Of a stretch of DNA of 64,000 nt, positions 49,905 to 64,000 are shown piece after piece (the first letter of the stretch is position 1; each line of letters starts with the position of its first letter). The DNA comes from Macrostomum lignano. Taxonomy: Eukaryota. The position numbers and the translations under genes were made by a program. Below the pieces are notes generated by a model. The model was given only the letters and a program-made list of their open reading frames with translations. It was not told the origin of the DNA and searched no databases. The stretch spans positions 293,584 through 357,583 of the forward strand of contig NIVC01001102.1 in assembly GCA_002269645.1 (NCBI GenBank). Reading direction: 5' to 3'.

Positions 49905-49970
49905 AGCCCGGACTTTCTAATCGTCCGGCATGTACACTCTGTGCCTTGGGGTTGGGATCTCATTGGTGTA
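49905..49970 (+). repeat. Dispersed stem-loop repeat copy
   Basis: ccggactttctaatcgtccggcatgtacactct...ttggggttgg. Confidence 0.6.
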
Positions 49971-50686
49971 AGTCAAACCTCCCTGTCAATTATTTCTTAC
50001 CTGTAAAATGAATGTGGGACGTGCACAGAATCTAACCAGGGGTCCCCTAGTTCGGTTTTACCAAAAAACAAGTCTCATCGCTAAATGGATGCTTGCGATG
50101 GAATAACTCAGAAAGAATCAATCAGAAAGATCTTGCATCTGACACTGCATATATTTTCTGTTTATAGCACGTTGGATGAAGTAGGAACGTGGTTTTTGCT
50201 CGGACATTTTGAGAAGAGTTTCAAGCCATATTATTTAAGAGCTGGCAATTCATTCGAATATTTGAAGACATCCTCTTTTTGAGTGGCAATCGGAAATTCA
50301 GTTTTTAAGAAAATGGCATTTGTAAAATCAGACCAAAATTATTTCTGAAACAGGCAGGAAGCTTAATTTGGTCTTTTGAAGCTTGGTTTATAGTTAATCA
50401 AAAGTGAGATACACTTATGTTGCCGACATCATCTAGGAAAGTTCTCAACAAGAGGTTGAAAGTTCTAGTTCACAATAATCCTGTTAATTATAAGAGTATA
50501 AATTTATGCTTAAAGTAGTTTTCTCAGTTGTTGGTCAAACACATTGACTCCTTCAATATTGCTGGAAAATAGAACAGAAGATGATCAGAATGATCAAGTG
50601 GCAAGAAATACAAACAATACGAGTAATTAGTCTGTTAACTTATGGAACGCACCTCGTAATTAGTCTGTTAAAAACGCTGAGAACTT

Positions 50687-52837
50687 CTAAGCACTGGTGA
50701 GTGCGTCCATCTCTTCACCGTCTCCAACAACTGGCTCGGCGTTCACATCATCGCCTCTTCGTCCTTGTCGAAGTCTTCGAGCACTGGGAGCTACACTCAA
50801 AGCCAGCAGATACAACAGCTCAAACAGTTCGCAGACGGTGAGCAGGCTACACCCTATGTAGAGACCCAGAAGTCCGCCAATGTCGGCTAGAAATGCGGTC
50901 ATCGAATAGGAGTGCGATATTATCAGCTGCGGCGATAGGGCGCTTTCGGCCTCTATGCGAACCTCGAGCATGGACTCGGCGATGAAGCTGCGGAACATGG
51001 CCTCGGTGTGAGCAGAATGATTGCCTGTTTATTGAGTGTTAACGTGTAGAGGAGTGTTAGTGTATAAACTGTATGAGTCACCACTCTAAAAGGAAGGCCG
51101 TTTTCCAATATTTGCCTTTCTGTGTTACTACCGTTTAAAGGACGAGGGACAATGTCACTGAAAACCAAACAACGCATGCGCCGTTTTTCCTAATTGAAAC
51201 GCGCTGTTTGAACGAGTAACTCACAAATCAATTTCTGTAACTTTGTAGAAAAAATACCCTTTTCATAGTATCAATACTAGTCACTTTTCATAGTATCAAT
51301 TAAAGTATCTCACCTAGCTTCAATTCGCGAGCAATCCTTCTCAGCTGAGCCATAGCAGGTGCGGAGTTCTCATCATTTAGGGCATCGTATTCAGAAAAAT
51401 ATTCGACCAGCGAACTGCCTGATGAGGGCCAGTTGTCGAACGAGTATCTGGCATAGTAGCTCTGAAACACGCATGGACTCTTTCGGAGACAGGTTTTAGC
51501 GATCATTGCTTCTTGTGAGTTGATGTAGTCCCACACGTCCAGGTAGCTGGCAACAGATCTGTTGTAGAGTGACTCGGTAAGATTCTCCCAGCGCGGCGCG
51601 TGTCTTAGCGCCCAGGGCACCGGATAGTCGGAATATATGTGATTAGTTCGATTTTGCCAGGCGTTGCTGAGAGCTTCGTACCAGCAAGCTGCATAGCTGT
51701 ATTTGAACTCTGTCGGATCGTCCGTAAGGTGATCCTTGAAAACGGCGTTTTCGTTGTGAGGCATACAGTGGCCACCGTGAAGCTCGTCGCTATAGCGATT
51801 CTCTTCCATACGGATGGAGATCTGGTAAGACTTGCCCGGGGCTAGTTTCAATCGGGTTTCGTGCGCAATAGACGGGTACACGCCTTTAGGAGCTATGAGC
51901 AGAGTGAAGCCGGAGTTCTTCAGCAACTGTTGGCCATACTCTGGATGCCAGTAGAGAAATGGAATGCTTTCACCGGTTTCCGGATTCACAATCGGCTTTA
52001 TTGGCTTCCCTGAGTAGCCCAGCTCCGGAAAGAATGGATCAGTGAACAGCTCGATCAGCATTCGGCTATTTCTGGCTGCGAAATTTTCTCTCTCCTGCTC
52101 GGCCACGATCAGCTGGATGCACATCAGGAACATGTTGTTAGGCACGCTGGCCTCTCGCAGCTCAATTTTGCTTGTGTTTCGTCTGACTTCCGAGTACACG
52201 AACGGCCTACGGAGCACCGATTGAGAGAGGCGATGTAAAAGAAACTGATGCATCAAGTGAACTGGCAGGGAGTGTTGAATTACAGCCGCTCGGAATCTCG
52301 TGATGTTGTACGGTTCCTCACAGATATTGCTACTGCAGTACAACTGACTGTACAGATCATTTAGCCTCTCGACTTCCGCATTAATAAGATCAGCTTGGCT
52401 TTCGTTCAGCACAAACGGGAAACTGCCTGAATAAGGATGATTTGGGCAAAAGTACAAGTCAGGAAAAACAAATGGAGCATTGTCTAACTTGTACGTCTTC
52501 ACTATCTTCACGTGGGTAAGCTTTTGCACCAAGTTCACCGTCGTACTGCAGAAGAATCCCAAGAATACTAGAAACAAAATAGACCACATCAATTTCGTAG
52601 GAAGGTCTTTGGACTTTGGTATCCTGCTAATACCGTGGGCTGAACTTCGGGACAATGCGTCGCTCACAGTGTGACTTAGGTTGGATAAAACTGGACTTAG
52701 CTGGATCTGAAGTTGTAACAGGGAAGAAGAGCAAATAATCAAAAGTCAAATTTTATTATGGTAAAATCAGAAGTACCGGAGTAAATACTTACAGAGCATG
52801 GAGTCGGACACTCGCTAGTGGATCGAGATTCCTGCAT
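50687..52837 (-). CDS. DEG/ENaC family ion channel subunit (591 aa), 3 exons
   Basis: Exons 52837-52793, 52706-51314, 51024-50687 join in frame (1776 nt). Pre-TM1 HG motif (SAHGISRI), TM1 WSILFLVFLGFF, FPDLYFC, Cys-rich ectodomain, TM2 FLADIGGLLGLYIGCSLLTVCE. Confidence 0.92.
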
Positions 52838-53802
52838 TAGTTTTGGAGAGGCTGCAAAAAGTTCTATAGCTATCCAGTTTAGATTACTCTGCCTTTCAGA
52901 TCAAGATGCGAACATGCCTCTTTTATACCAAAAGCTGCGAACATGCATAAAATTAGTCTAGACAGATTTATGTTCAAGTAATTTTTGCCTAGCTATGGCC
53001 TCTCATTCGGTATGGAAAGCCCGCGATTAATCTTCTTATTTATTCACCATTCGAGTCTAGCTATATATGTCCTGGAGACGCCTATCAAAAAGTATAATCC
53101 CATAGGCCATCACGAGCTATAGATTCTCCTGGTATTCATGCAGTAAAGTCTTCATCGAGGCCATTAGCAACTAAATTAGCCGCTTTGATCTGCACTAGTG
53201 CGCCGATCTGCTACTAATGGAAGAGCAGGATAGAAACTAATTAAATAGGCATTAGACTAATGGCAATTGATGGCTTCGGTATAACTCAGACTAGCAGTTG
53301 CACTCTCCTAGCAGATATTTTTAGTGATAAGTCTTTTTTTATCAGTGCAGCTACCATTGAAGAGTCCTTTTTCCTGTAAGCTGCTGATCTCAGTGATACG
53401 CTCTGTACTTTGTATGATTGCTCTGTATTTGAGCCTTATCGGGCGAAGTACGCTCGTATTATACCTCGTAAAATTCGCAAAATTCGACTGACTGACTCTG
53501 ACTATCTTTGAAACTCAACGAAGTAATCAACAATCGACTTGTTTAGTCGGCACAATGAGTTCTATAATTCGCAATCCTTAGCAATTATAGAGCTCCTTGA
53601 GTCAACCTATGCGCGCTAAAACGCAACAGGCGCAGTCCGACTGCTGAGAATGTCTATGGCCAAACGCCAGCCGAGACTCTCTGTGGTAGATCTTCACTTT
53701 ATGTGATATGCTAATTGCTATCCAAGAAATGCGGAGGGTGAGACCCAATGCCAACTTTGCAGCTGCAGCTTCATATACAGCTTCACGGGCCTCTACTTTT
53801 TT

Positions 53803-53975
53803 AGCCTATAGTTGGTTAGAGTGTGGACTCACGACTTGAAGGTCGGGGGTTCGATTCTCGACACACTCGGAAAATGTGTGCCCTTGAGCAAGACACTTGA
53901 CTCTGCATTGCTTCACATCACCCAGCTGTAAAATGGGTACCGTAATTGAGGGCGTGTGTGGCGACCACCTCCCTT
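53803..53975 (+). mobile_element. tRNA-derived CORE-like SINE, second copy
   Basis: ggactcacgacttgaaggtcgggggttcgatt...tgtgcccttgagcaagacactt...cacccagctgtaaaatgggtacc aligns to 2650-2770. Confidence 0.8.
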
Positions 53976-54996
53976 CCCCAGTCCCCCTGTCTGTTGGAAT
54001 ACAACCTTTCCAACTTCAGGAGACTGCGAAATCATTTGTGGCTGCATTCTGTGATAAAGAAAGTTCGCACTTATACTCGACATTTATCTTTGACTGCAAC
54101 ACTACTATATAGATAGGCTTGCTCGGGCAGAAACGAGCCATTCCCAGGCGGGCAGGTCAAAAGGTTGGACATTCCCAGATGAAGTGCTCCGCATTCTTAA
54201 CGTCGGAGAGGCAGAATGGGCATTCCCCACGACAGATTTTTTCCTGGAGATAGCCACGCCTGAGAAAGCGGCCTTTGACCCAAGAGGGCCACTCTGGTTA
54301 CCACCCTGATGAACCTGTGGATGAACACAAGCAGCTAAGGGCCGGGCCGTGCAGCGGGCGGGGAAGGGACAGGGGATTGCCGACAGTCGAGGGCCCAACT
54401 CTCTCTGTGCATTGATGCCACCCGACATAGAGGTGTGAAAGCAAGACTTAGGTGGAAAAAGTCCACACCTTCTTCCTAGCAGAACCTGTGAGTGACTTCG
54501 TTTGAAAAAACTGTCGCATTCTGTAGTATAGATTGCGTCTAACGGAAGCTTGGAACAATGGAAACACAAAATAAAAAAGACCACTCAGAAAGCCTGAGTA
54601 GTCAGGTAGGAAGTCAATTTTTTAATCATGCCGAACAAAAGAAGACAATGCCGACCAGTTTACCAAGCCTTTCATCACCCACGTTGTTTTTTATTATTTA
54701 TTCGAATGAAAAAAGAGCAGAATAAAAAACTATTCTATAGAAGCCGATAACTGCGCATCCACGTTCGCCGCTTTCAATATCGACTTCCTCAGATCCGGCA
54801 ACTAGCAAAATCTAAGGCCGTTTCCAAATTTGGTTTTCATTCGCAACAATCGGAATGTAGAGAAGCCAGTAAAACAATTTTTCCACCGACCAAGGAAAAG
54901 AAATATCGGTTGAGATAGTCTCGACGAAACGATAGGGTTTGATACACCGATTTGAAGGGCACTTCTGTTTAGAGCGTAAGCCGCGTCCGTTTGAAT

Positions 54997-57920
<2,924 letters not shown>

Positions 57921-58829
57921 TTTCTCTGTAGTAGTCTTGATGCACTAAAATATTTTGTACGAACTGATTTAAAAAGATCGGAGTGATATTATTTCTCTCG
58001 TTGTATTTCGAATTTCATGTTTCCCTAATATAACTCGGCTGCATACAGAAGGTTTCTGTTTAAATTCTATTATGCTTGCTCCCCCATTGGTGGATCAGTG
58101 ATTGGAGGACTGTTCTGCAATCAAGATTTTACTCAAACAAAAAATATTGGTTACTACTAGCTTGTAGCTCGGATTGAACATTTCTACCTGTTTTTGCCGG
58201 TAATTTTCTACGTCTGATTTGATTTGTTTTGATTCATTTTTGGGTTTTTAAGATACATAAATGTACTTTTGATCCGTGGAGTCATCGAGGAGGAACGGAT
58301 ACACTTGTCGATCCTGATCCGACACTTTTGACTCGTCATCATCAGGTTTGTGCTCAAAAAAGGTGCTCGGTGCGTACAAGCGTGCCAGAGAGCAGCCGCT
58401 TGTCTCCGTCATCATGGCAATGCACTGGGATACAAAATTTGCTGTTTCAACACCGGACGGACTACACGTATCGAATTTTTTCGAGACACGTACTTTGGGT
58501 GTGCATTCTAGGGAGATATGCACGCGCCGTCCTAAGCTCGTGCTGGAGCTTGACTAGGTGCTGTGCGCACAGGCACAAGCGCACAAAAATCACAGTGACT
58601 TTACCGCGCAGGCAATTTTTACGGCTGAGACATATGCACGGAGGCAACTTTTTACGACTTATCCGGCGCAAAGTCAGGAAGCTTTATTTTCTCTAATATT
58701 TATTTTTCACGAAGTTAAAATGTTCAAACTTAAAATTTTTTAAATTTTCAGATACAAAATTCTAAATTTTTGCGATTAAAAATGGTAAAATGTTCCGATT
58801 TACGAGCGTAAAATGGTAAAATGTTCAGT

Positions 58830-59830
58830 AGCTAAGAATAGAACCAAATTTTATGCAAGTCTGAGGCCGGGTTTTGATGGTCTGTCGCTGGCTGCAGCTG
58901 GTAGTACAAACAATTCCGGCTGCAGCTGATGGTCCGGCACTGGCTGCAGCTGATGGTCCGGCACTGGCTGCAGCTGATGGTCCGGCACTGGCTGCAGCTG
59001 ATGGTCCGGCACTGGCTGCAGCTGATGGTCCGGCACTGGCTGCAGCTGATGGTCCGGCACTGGCTGCAGCTGATGGTCCGGCACTGGTTGCTCTGAGGCC
59101 GGGCGAACGGTGTCCACCACCTTCTCGGTAACGTGGGACACGTTAATGTTTTAATCGCTTTCATGAGACTGTCCAGGTAGAGCCATAAATTAGGATGTCC
59201 GGTCTTAATCAGTCGTGACAGGCCCCTGTGGTAGTACTCAAAATCGCAGTTTGTGCGCTTGGTGAGTCCGTGTACTGAGAGGCGACTGCTTCCCACGCGC
59301 TGCAATCAGAAAGTGCCGATGTAGTTATGAACGCGGGACAGAGCGGTGTGCACTTCTCCTGACAGGCCGACCGGCAATTAACGATCCCATAATTAATGTC
59401 GACAGCACTGGCGATCTCATCCCCGGGCAGCAACGGTACGGCCAGAAGCTTCAGCAGCCACTGTCTTACTCTGATCCGAAGCACTGCGGCTGATGAACTG
59501 CTGAAGATCGCATGTCTTAAACTTGCCGACGACAGCCTGGCAGAAGTGAAATCAGCAGCCTCGGACTTCAGTATCCGGAAATGTGGCTTCGGCGGCAGCG
59601 ATTAGAGCCAGTTCGTAGTCCGTGACAAATAGTACACACGGCGGCGGAAGGACAAAGCGCAGATGCAACGTGCCCTAGTGCCACTGAATACAAGGTCCTT
59701 CGTTTTGCGGTTTATGAGTACATACACTGCCGGCCAGAAAGTGTCAAGCTCGACGAACCCTTTTGTGAGAAGCTGATAGGACAGCTAGCCGTGGCACCGT
59801 CTTGAAGGTACCATCCATGCACTATGTCGC
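58830..59830 (-). mobile_element. Degenerate Mutator/MULE transposase
   Basis: DGTFKTVP (first catalytic Asp), LAVPLLPGDEI and KRTNCDFEYYHRGLSRLIKTGHPNLWLYL (RTNN..E..H...HPNIW motif), in broken frames. Confidence 0.75.
58905..59090. repeat. 24-bp minisatellite (gctgcagctgatggtccggcactg), ~7 copies, at the 3' end of the MULE relic
   Basis: Direct inspection. Confidence 0.93.
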
Positions 59831-60776
59831 CACACATGCAAGCCGGCGGAGCATGTCAGGGTCCGGAGCATCGAGAAGGGCCTCAAGTGACGTTGGCGTC
59901 CTCAGGTAGCGGCGGAATGATTCTGCGACACTGTCGATACATTGTGCTTCGATTTCCGCAAAGCCGATCCCAGTCAGGAAGCAGCTGTGCACTTTGCGTC
60001 CAATACCTCCAGACTGGCGCTGCTCACCTCAGCCTACCTCTTTAGTCGCGATTTGAGTTGCAGCATCTCCTTCTGTCGAGGCTCCACTGCACTTAGTGGT
60101 TGTGCGCGGAGGTACGAAATTGTTCATCCTGTTGGACAGTAGTGCGGCCCGGGCAGGTTTTCTGCGTGCATCGGTAGCCTCGCACTCCGTTGCGGTCACT
60201 GCATGTCCTTGCGATACAGGAGGCCTTTATACCAATAAAGGCACGAGGCACGAGCGTCTTCTGTTTCCCTCGACTGGCTCCATTCTTGAACTATTTAGTG
60301 ATTTAGATTGGTGCCATCGGATGAGCGTTCGGCTTTTAAGCTACACACACACAGACACAATTTCCCTCAGTTATTGCGCATCTTCAATGTGCATGTAGTT
60401 CGCATTACACTGATTGGATCAAGGGGACGACTTAAGTATAGAAGAGCTACAGGAAACCTCGTTTCTTGGAAAAATTTTAAGGCAGGCTTTTCCGAAAAAT
60501 ATACTCATGAATTCATTTTCATTCAGTATTCATTTTTTTCAGCACAAAAATTGTTATTGCTTGTGAGGGTAGGAGGCAGATCCAGTGTTCATATTTTGAT
60601 ATTTTGTGCCTTTTTATTGCTCTATCGATATTTATAAAGCTTTTCGTTCAAAAGATTAGGATTCTATGTTGTGTAGACCTAAAATCACATATTTACACTT
60701 TGTGATTTTGGAACTTTATATTAAGGCCTAGGGCCTGACAAATAGCAAATTATAGATGGTTTTATCCTTGGTGCCG

Positions 60777-62804
60777 TTTGCTATCTTAGGTAAAAAACTA
60801 TTTATAATACCAAATTAAAACTAGGTCCAGGAGTTAAATATAAAAAATTCTTATAGCCTAGGTGCCTAGACTCTTATCTTTCATCTTATTCTCTATATAT
60901 ATTGCTTTGACAGTTTGACTTTAGGGTCCTATAGGCCTTTGATTTGACCCAAGTCCCAAATTTTTTTATGTAGGCCTATTATATTGCTAATATATTGGAG
61001 TTTAAGGCCTATTCTGTTTTTGATCAACTATCAAATAATTTATTTTGTTTTAGGCCCCTAGGTTTTGATAAGTTGGCATCAATAGGCCTATATAAAAATA
61101 GTATCAATTTGGTATTGGGATCCTAATCTAGCCAAATTAAAGTTAGGATAGGCCTACCATGGCATTTATTATTTCAAAAACTTTTATTATAGGTTGGGTT
61201 ATGGGTTTTTATTATAGCTAGAATTACAAAACAGCTAGAGTATTTTAATTTTGGGCTTATTTGGGACTTATTTTAGGTCAATCTATCTATTTACTTTAAA
61301 AGTCCTAGATCTGCCATTGAATATTGAAAGATAGCCAACTAAACTTCAGAGCTTAACTTTAAAATTATATTATACAATATTTTCAAAAAGGCTAGTTAGT
61401 CTACTAGGGCTATTAGTAGCTCTTAACTAGGCCTAGTCTAACCAGAGGGTTTACCAATATTATTATTGCCAATCATCTTAGATACTAGCCTAATTAGCTA
61501 GGCCTATCATTAAATCTTGGCATTCTTGTGGTGGGTGCAACTCTGTTAGGCCTACCCTGAGGAAAGTACCCACCTGACTTAGCTATAGGGGACTCCAAGT
61601 GTTTGGAAAATAGAAAATAGGCATTGCCACCTATCTTGCTAACCTCTAGCAGAGGAAAATACCCAACTCCTCTATGAACAACTATCCAAGTTTAGCCAAA
61701 ATACCCAAATAGTATCTTAAGCAGCAAGCCAACTTGCCTTTGTTTTGAAGAGCAAAATGGATAAAAATTATCTAGATCTTATCTAATAGTATATCCAAGT
61801 CTAAGGACCAATTATACTAAGACAAACCAGCTAGCCAAGGTAAATTGCAAGAATGCCTACCCAAAAATATAGAGGTAGACTACTAATTAGATGATAAGGC
61901 ATTTAGGATTAATAATATAATATTACCATAATTATTTCTGTTGTTTATCCAAAATTGTTAATTTTAACTTTTGGGTTTCAAATAAGTAATGTTTTTTGTC
62001 AAAAGGTAAGTCACATATCTACATGTATGTGCAACCTTGGGAATCACCCAGCCATTTCTATTGGCAACAAATACATATAAGTTGCTATTGGCTGAGAGCA
62101 GTCACGTGATTAGGCCTATTATTCCATCCAATAGTGACTTACATGTATCTGTTGCCAATAGAAATGGTTGAGTAAATCCCAAGGTTGTGCCCAAGGCCCC
62201 AAGCATGCATATCCAGTGTAAATCAAGGTGTTGCACATGCATGATCAGAGTGATAATAGGCCTAACCTAGTTTAACTTATCACTTCTAAATAGCCTAAAT
62301 AGGTCTCATTTGTATATACATTATATAAAATTTAATATATGCAAGAAAAATTGCCAAGACTATATTTAACTTAACTTTAACCTTTACTACCATATTTATA
62401 CAAGGTGCATATGATATTGAAAATATGTTGTTTAATTCCCTGACCTGACCCCAGGGACTAGACCTATGATGCACTTTGGAAAAAGGCACTGCAGACCTAA
62501 AACTCATTGGGAGGTATCTAGTATGTATCTACAAGTCAATAACTTCATGGTGTTTGACAAGCTCCTTGTGCATATTGTGAATGAATTAGCTGAAAGCAAT
62601 TTGACTGTTTAACAATTAATTCATTAGCTAAATATACCAAGTTGTATTCAAATTGATAAATGTATTAATAAGATAAAAAGTTGAAATAATTGTCTGAATT
62701 TACTTTGATGACCCTGAATTTGATTTCATACTATTTGCATTGTCATTACTGTTTTTATTATTATTACTGATTTCTTGTTATTATTGTCTGGAGTTGCTTG
62801 CTAT
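60777..62804. other. CpG-depleted AT-rich zone
   Basis: A manual scan found a single CG dinucleotide (62105) in ~2030 bp. Confidence 0.85.
62032..62187. mobile_element. Palindromic MITE-like element
   Basis: caaccttggga...ccatttctattggcaaca / tgttgccaatagaaatgg...tcccaaggttg are inverted. Confidence 0.7.
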
Positions 62805-63312
62805 CGAGGGATGCTTGCTTGCTATGTGGGAATGCTTGCTATCTGGAAGATGCAAGCTTGCTTTCTGGGTGGATGCTTGCTTTCTGGGGGGATGCTTACT
62901 ATCTGGGGGATACTTATAAGTTAGGGATGCTTGCCATCCATCTGGGGGAGATGCTTGCAATCTGGGGGATGCTTTCAATTTAGTTGGAATGGCTGTCATT
63001 AATATCTTTGTGAGGGCTTTATTTTGTTGCATCCTTTTGTTACTTTTTGAAGCAAGATATCATAGCAAGCATCTTTTTCCGTAATAATAGGGGCGATTAT
63101 AAACTAAAGAAGGAATTGGTTCTTAAGAAAATGTTCTTTTTAATGGATTTGCATGAATAAATTTTGCTCCTTGCTTATTGGGCGCCCCGAAGGGGGCACT
63201 AGATTGCATGTATAAAAAAGCCATATTTATTAACTGTTTGTAAAAAAACCCTAGGAAGTTTGGATGTTTCACTAGTATTGACCTCAAACTTAAGCCTATT
63301 ACTAATTTTTGC

Positions 63313-63642
63313 ATGCGTCCACTGCTTCAAGCCTGTCGGGCAATGTCTTTGAAAGGCGGCCCTAGTGCCACATATTTAGCAACCCTAACTAGGGAAGAGC
63401 TAATTAATCGGGTTCAGCAACTCGAAGCTCAGGTGGTTCAGCTTCGGCCATTGGTGTCACCTGCTGGTGTTGTTGATGTTAGCGAAGCTGGGGAAGAGAA
63501 ACTGCAGCTGATGCTGCCACAGCCAGGCAAAGGAAGGCGCAGACAGCGTGAAGGTCGAGTAGATTTTAATCAGTTTAAACAGCGCCGAGTGGCACTTCGG
63601 ATTGCCTATATGGGCTGGGCCTTTGATGGCTCCGCTTTGCAG
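63313..63642 (+). CDS. PUS3: tRNA pseudouridine synthase (TruA family, PUS3-like), first coding exon
   Basis: TREELINRVQQLEAQV coiled segment and VDFNQFKQRRVALRIAYMGWAFDG.ALQ; CAG|GTAGG donor at 63642. The gene continues beyond the window. Confidence 0.8.
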
Positions 63643-63739
63643 GTAGGGGTTTTAACACTGTCCGGGTGTAATATAGACACAGGGTTTCTCAGAAGGGCAC
63701 ACCCACGCTGGTCTCCATGGAAGGTATCATACTGGTGTC

Positions 63740-64000
63740 CATGGAAGGTACAATTAGACTAGGTGTCCATGAAGCTTACAATCAGACGCTGGTGTCCCTG
63801 GAGGGTACAATCAGACACTGGGTGTCGCTGGACCGGGCCACAACACTGGGTGTCCAAGGAGGGCACAAATTCAAGACACTCAGCGTGTCCAAGGAGGGCA
63901 CAATCAGACACTAGGTGTTCCAAGGAGGGCACAATCAGACCACGGGTGTCCAAGGAGGGCACAATCAGACACCGGGTGTCCATGGAGGCACAATCAGACA
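63740..64000. repeat. ~30-bp minisatellite (ggtgtccaaggagggcacaatcagacac), intronic, runs off the window
   Basis: acaatcagac at 63900, 63931 and 63961. Confidence 0.88.

Noticed and set aside
58175-58830. Short inverted match (tgaacatttctacc / ggtaaaatgttca) as TIRs of an element
   Set aside because: Only ~13 bp and imperfect, with no TSD; the internal ORF fragments could not be assigned.

Overview
Eukaryotic (metazoan) genomic DNA with spliceosomal GT-AG introns, some very short. GC-rich exons lie in AT-rich, repeat-rich DNA. The style resembles a free-living flatworm such as Macrostomum, but that is inference only. Host genes: a 7-exon kynurenine aminotransferase (978-5441 +); a head-to-head pair of intronless paralogous TKL-like kinases with DFD instead of DFG (6253-7803 -, 8429-9934 +); an ankyrin-repeat ORF and a STE-like kinase that may be one gene (42409-46185 -); a DEG/ENaC channel (50687-52837 -); and the first exon of a PUS3-like pseudouridine synthase (63313+). 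The dominant structure is a co-oriented minus-strand array spanning about 11-58 kb. It has four copies plus two relics of a 4-exon gene encoding an apparently secreted ~410-aa protein: signal peptide, PAN/apple-like Cys domain, and an ALK/LTK-type glycine-rich domain, with no TM or kinase. One copy has an in-frame TGA. Mobile DNA between the copies: a 5.1-kb element with ~0.9-1 kb inverted arms carrying a Ty3/Gypsy RT-RH-IN fragment, a P-element with TIRs and an 8-bp TSD, a foldback/MULE-like MITE, two Crypton-like tyrosine-recombinase relics each preceded by a long hairpin, tRNA-derived SINEs, and MULE and Gypsy relics. There are many micro- and minisatellites, a 280-bp near-perfect palindrome, and a 2-kb zone almost free of CpG. 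All coordinates were read by eye; no database searches were run.
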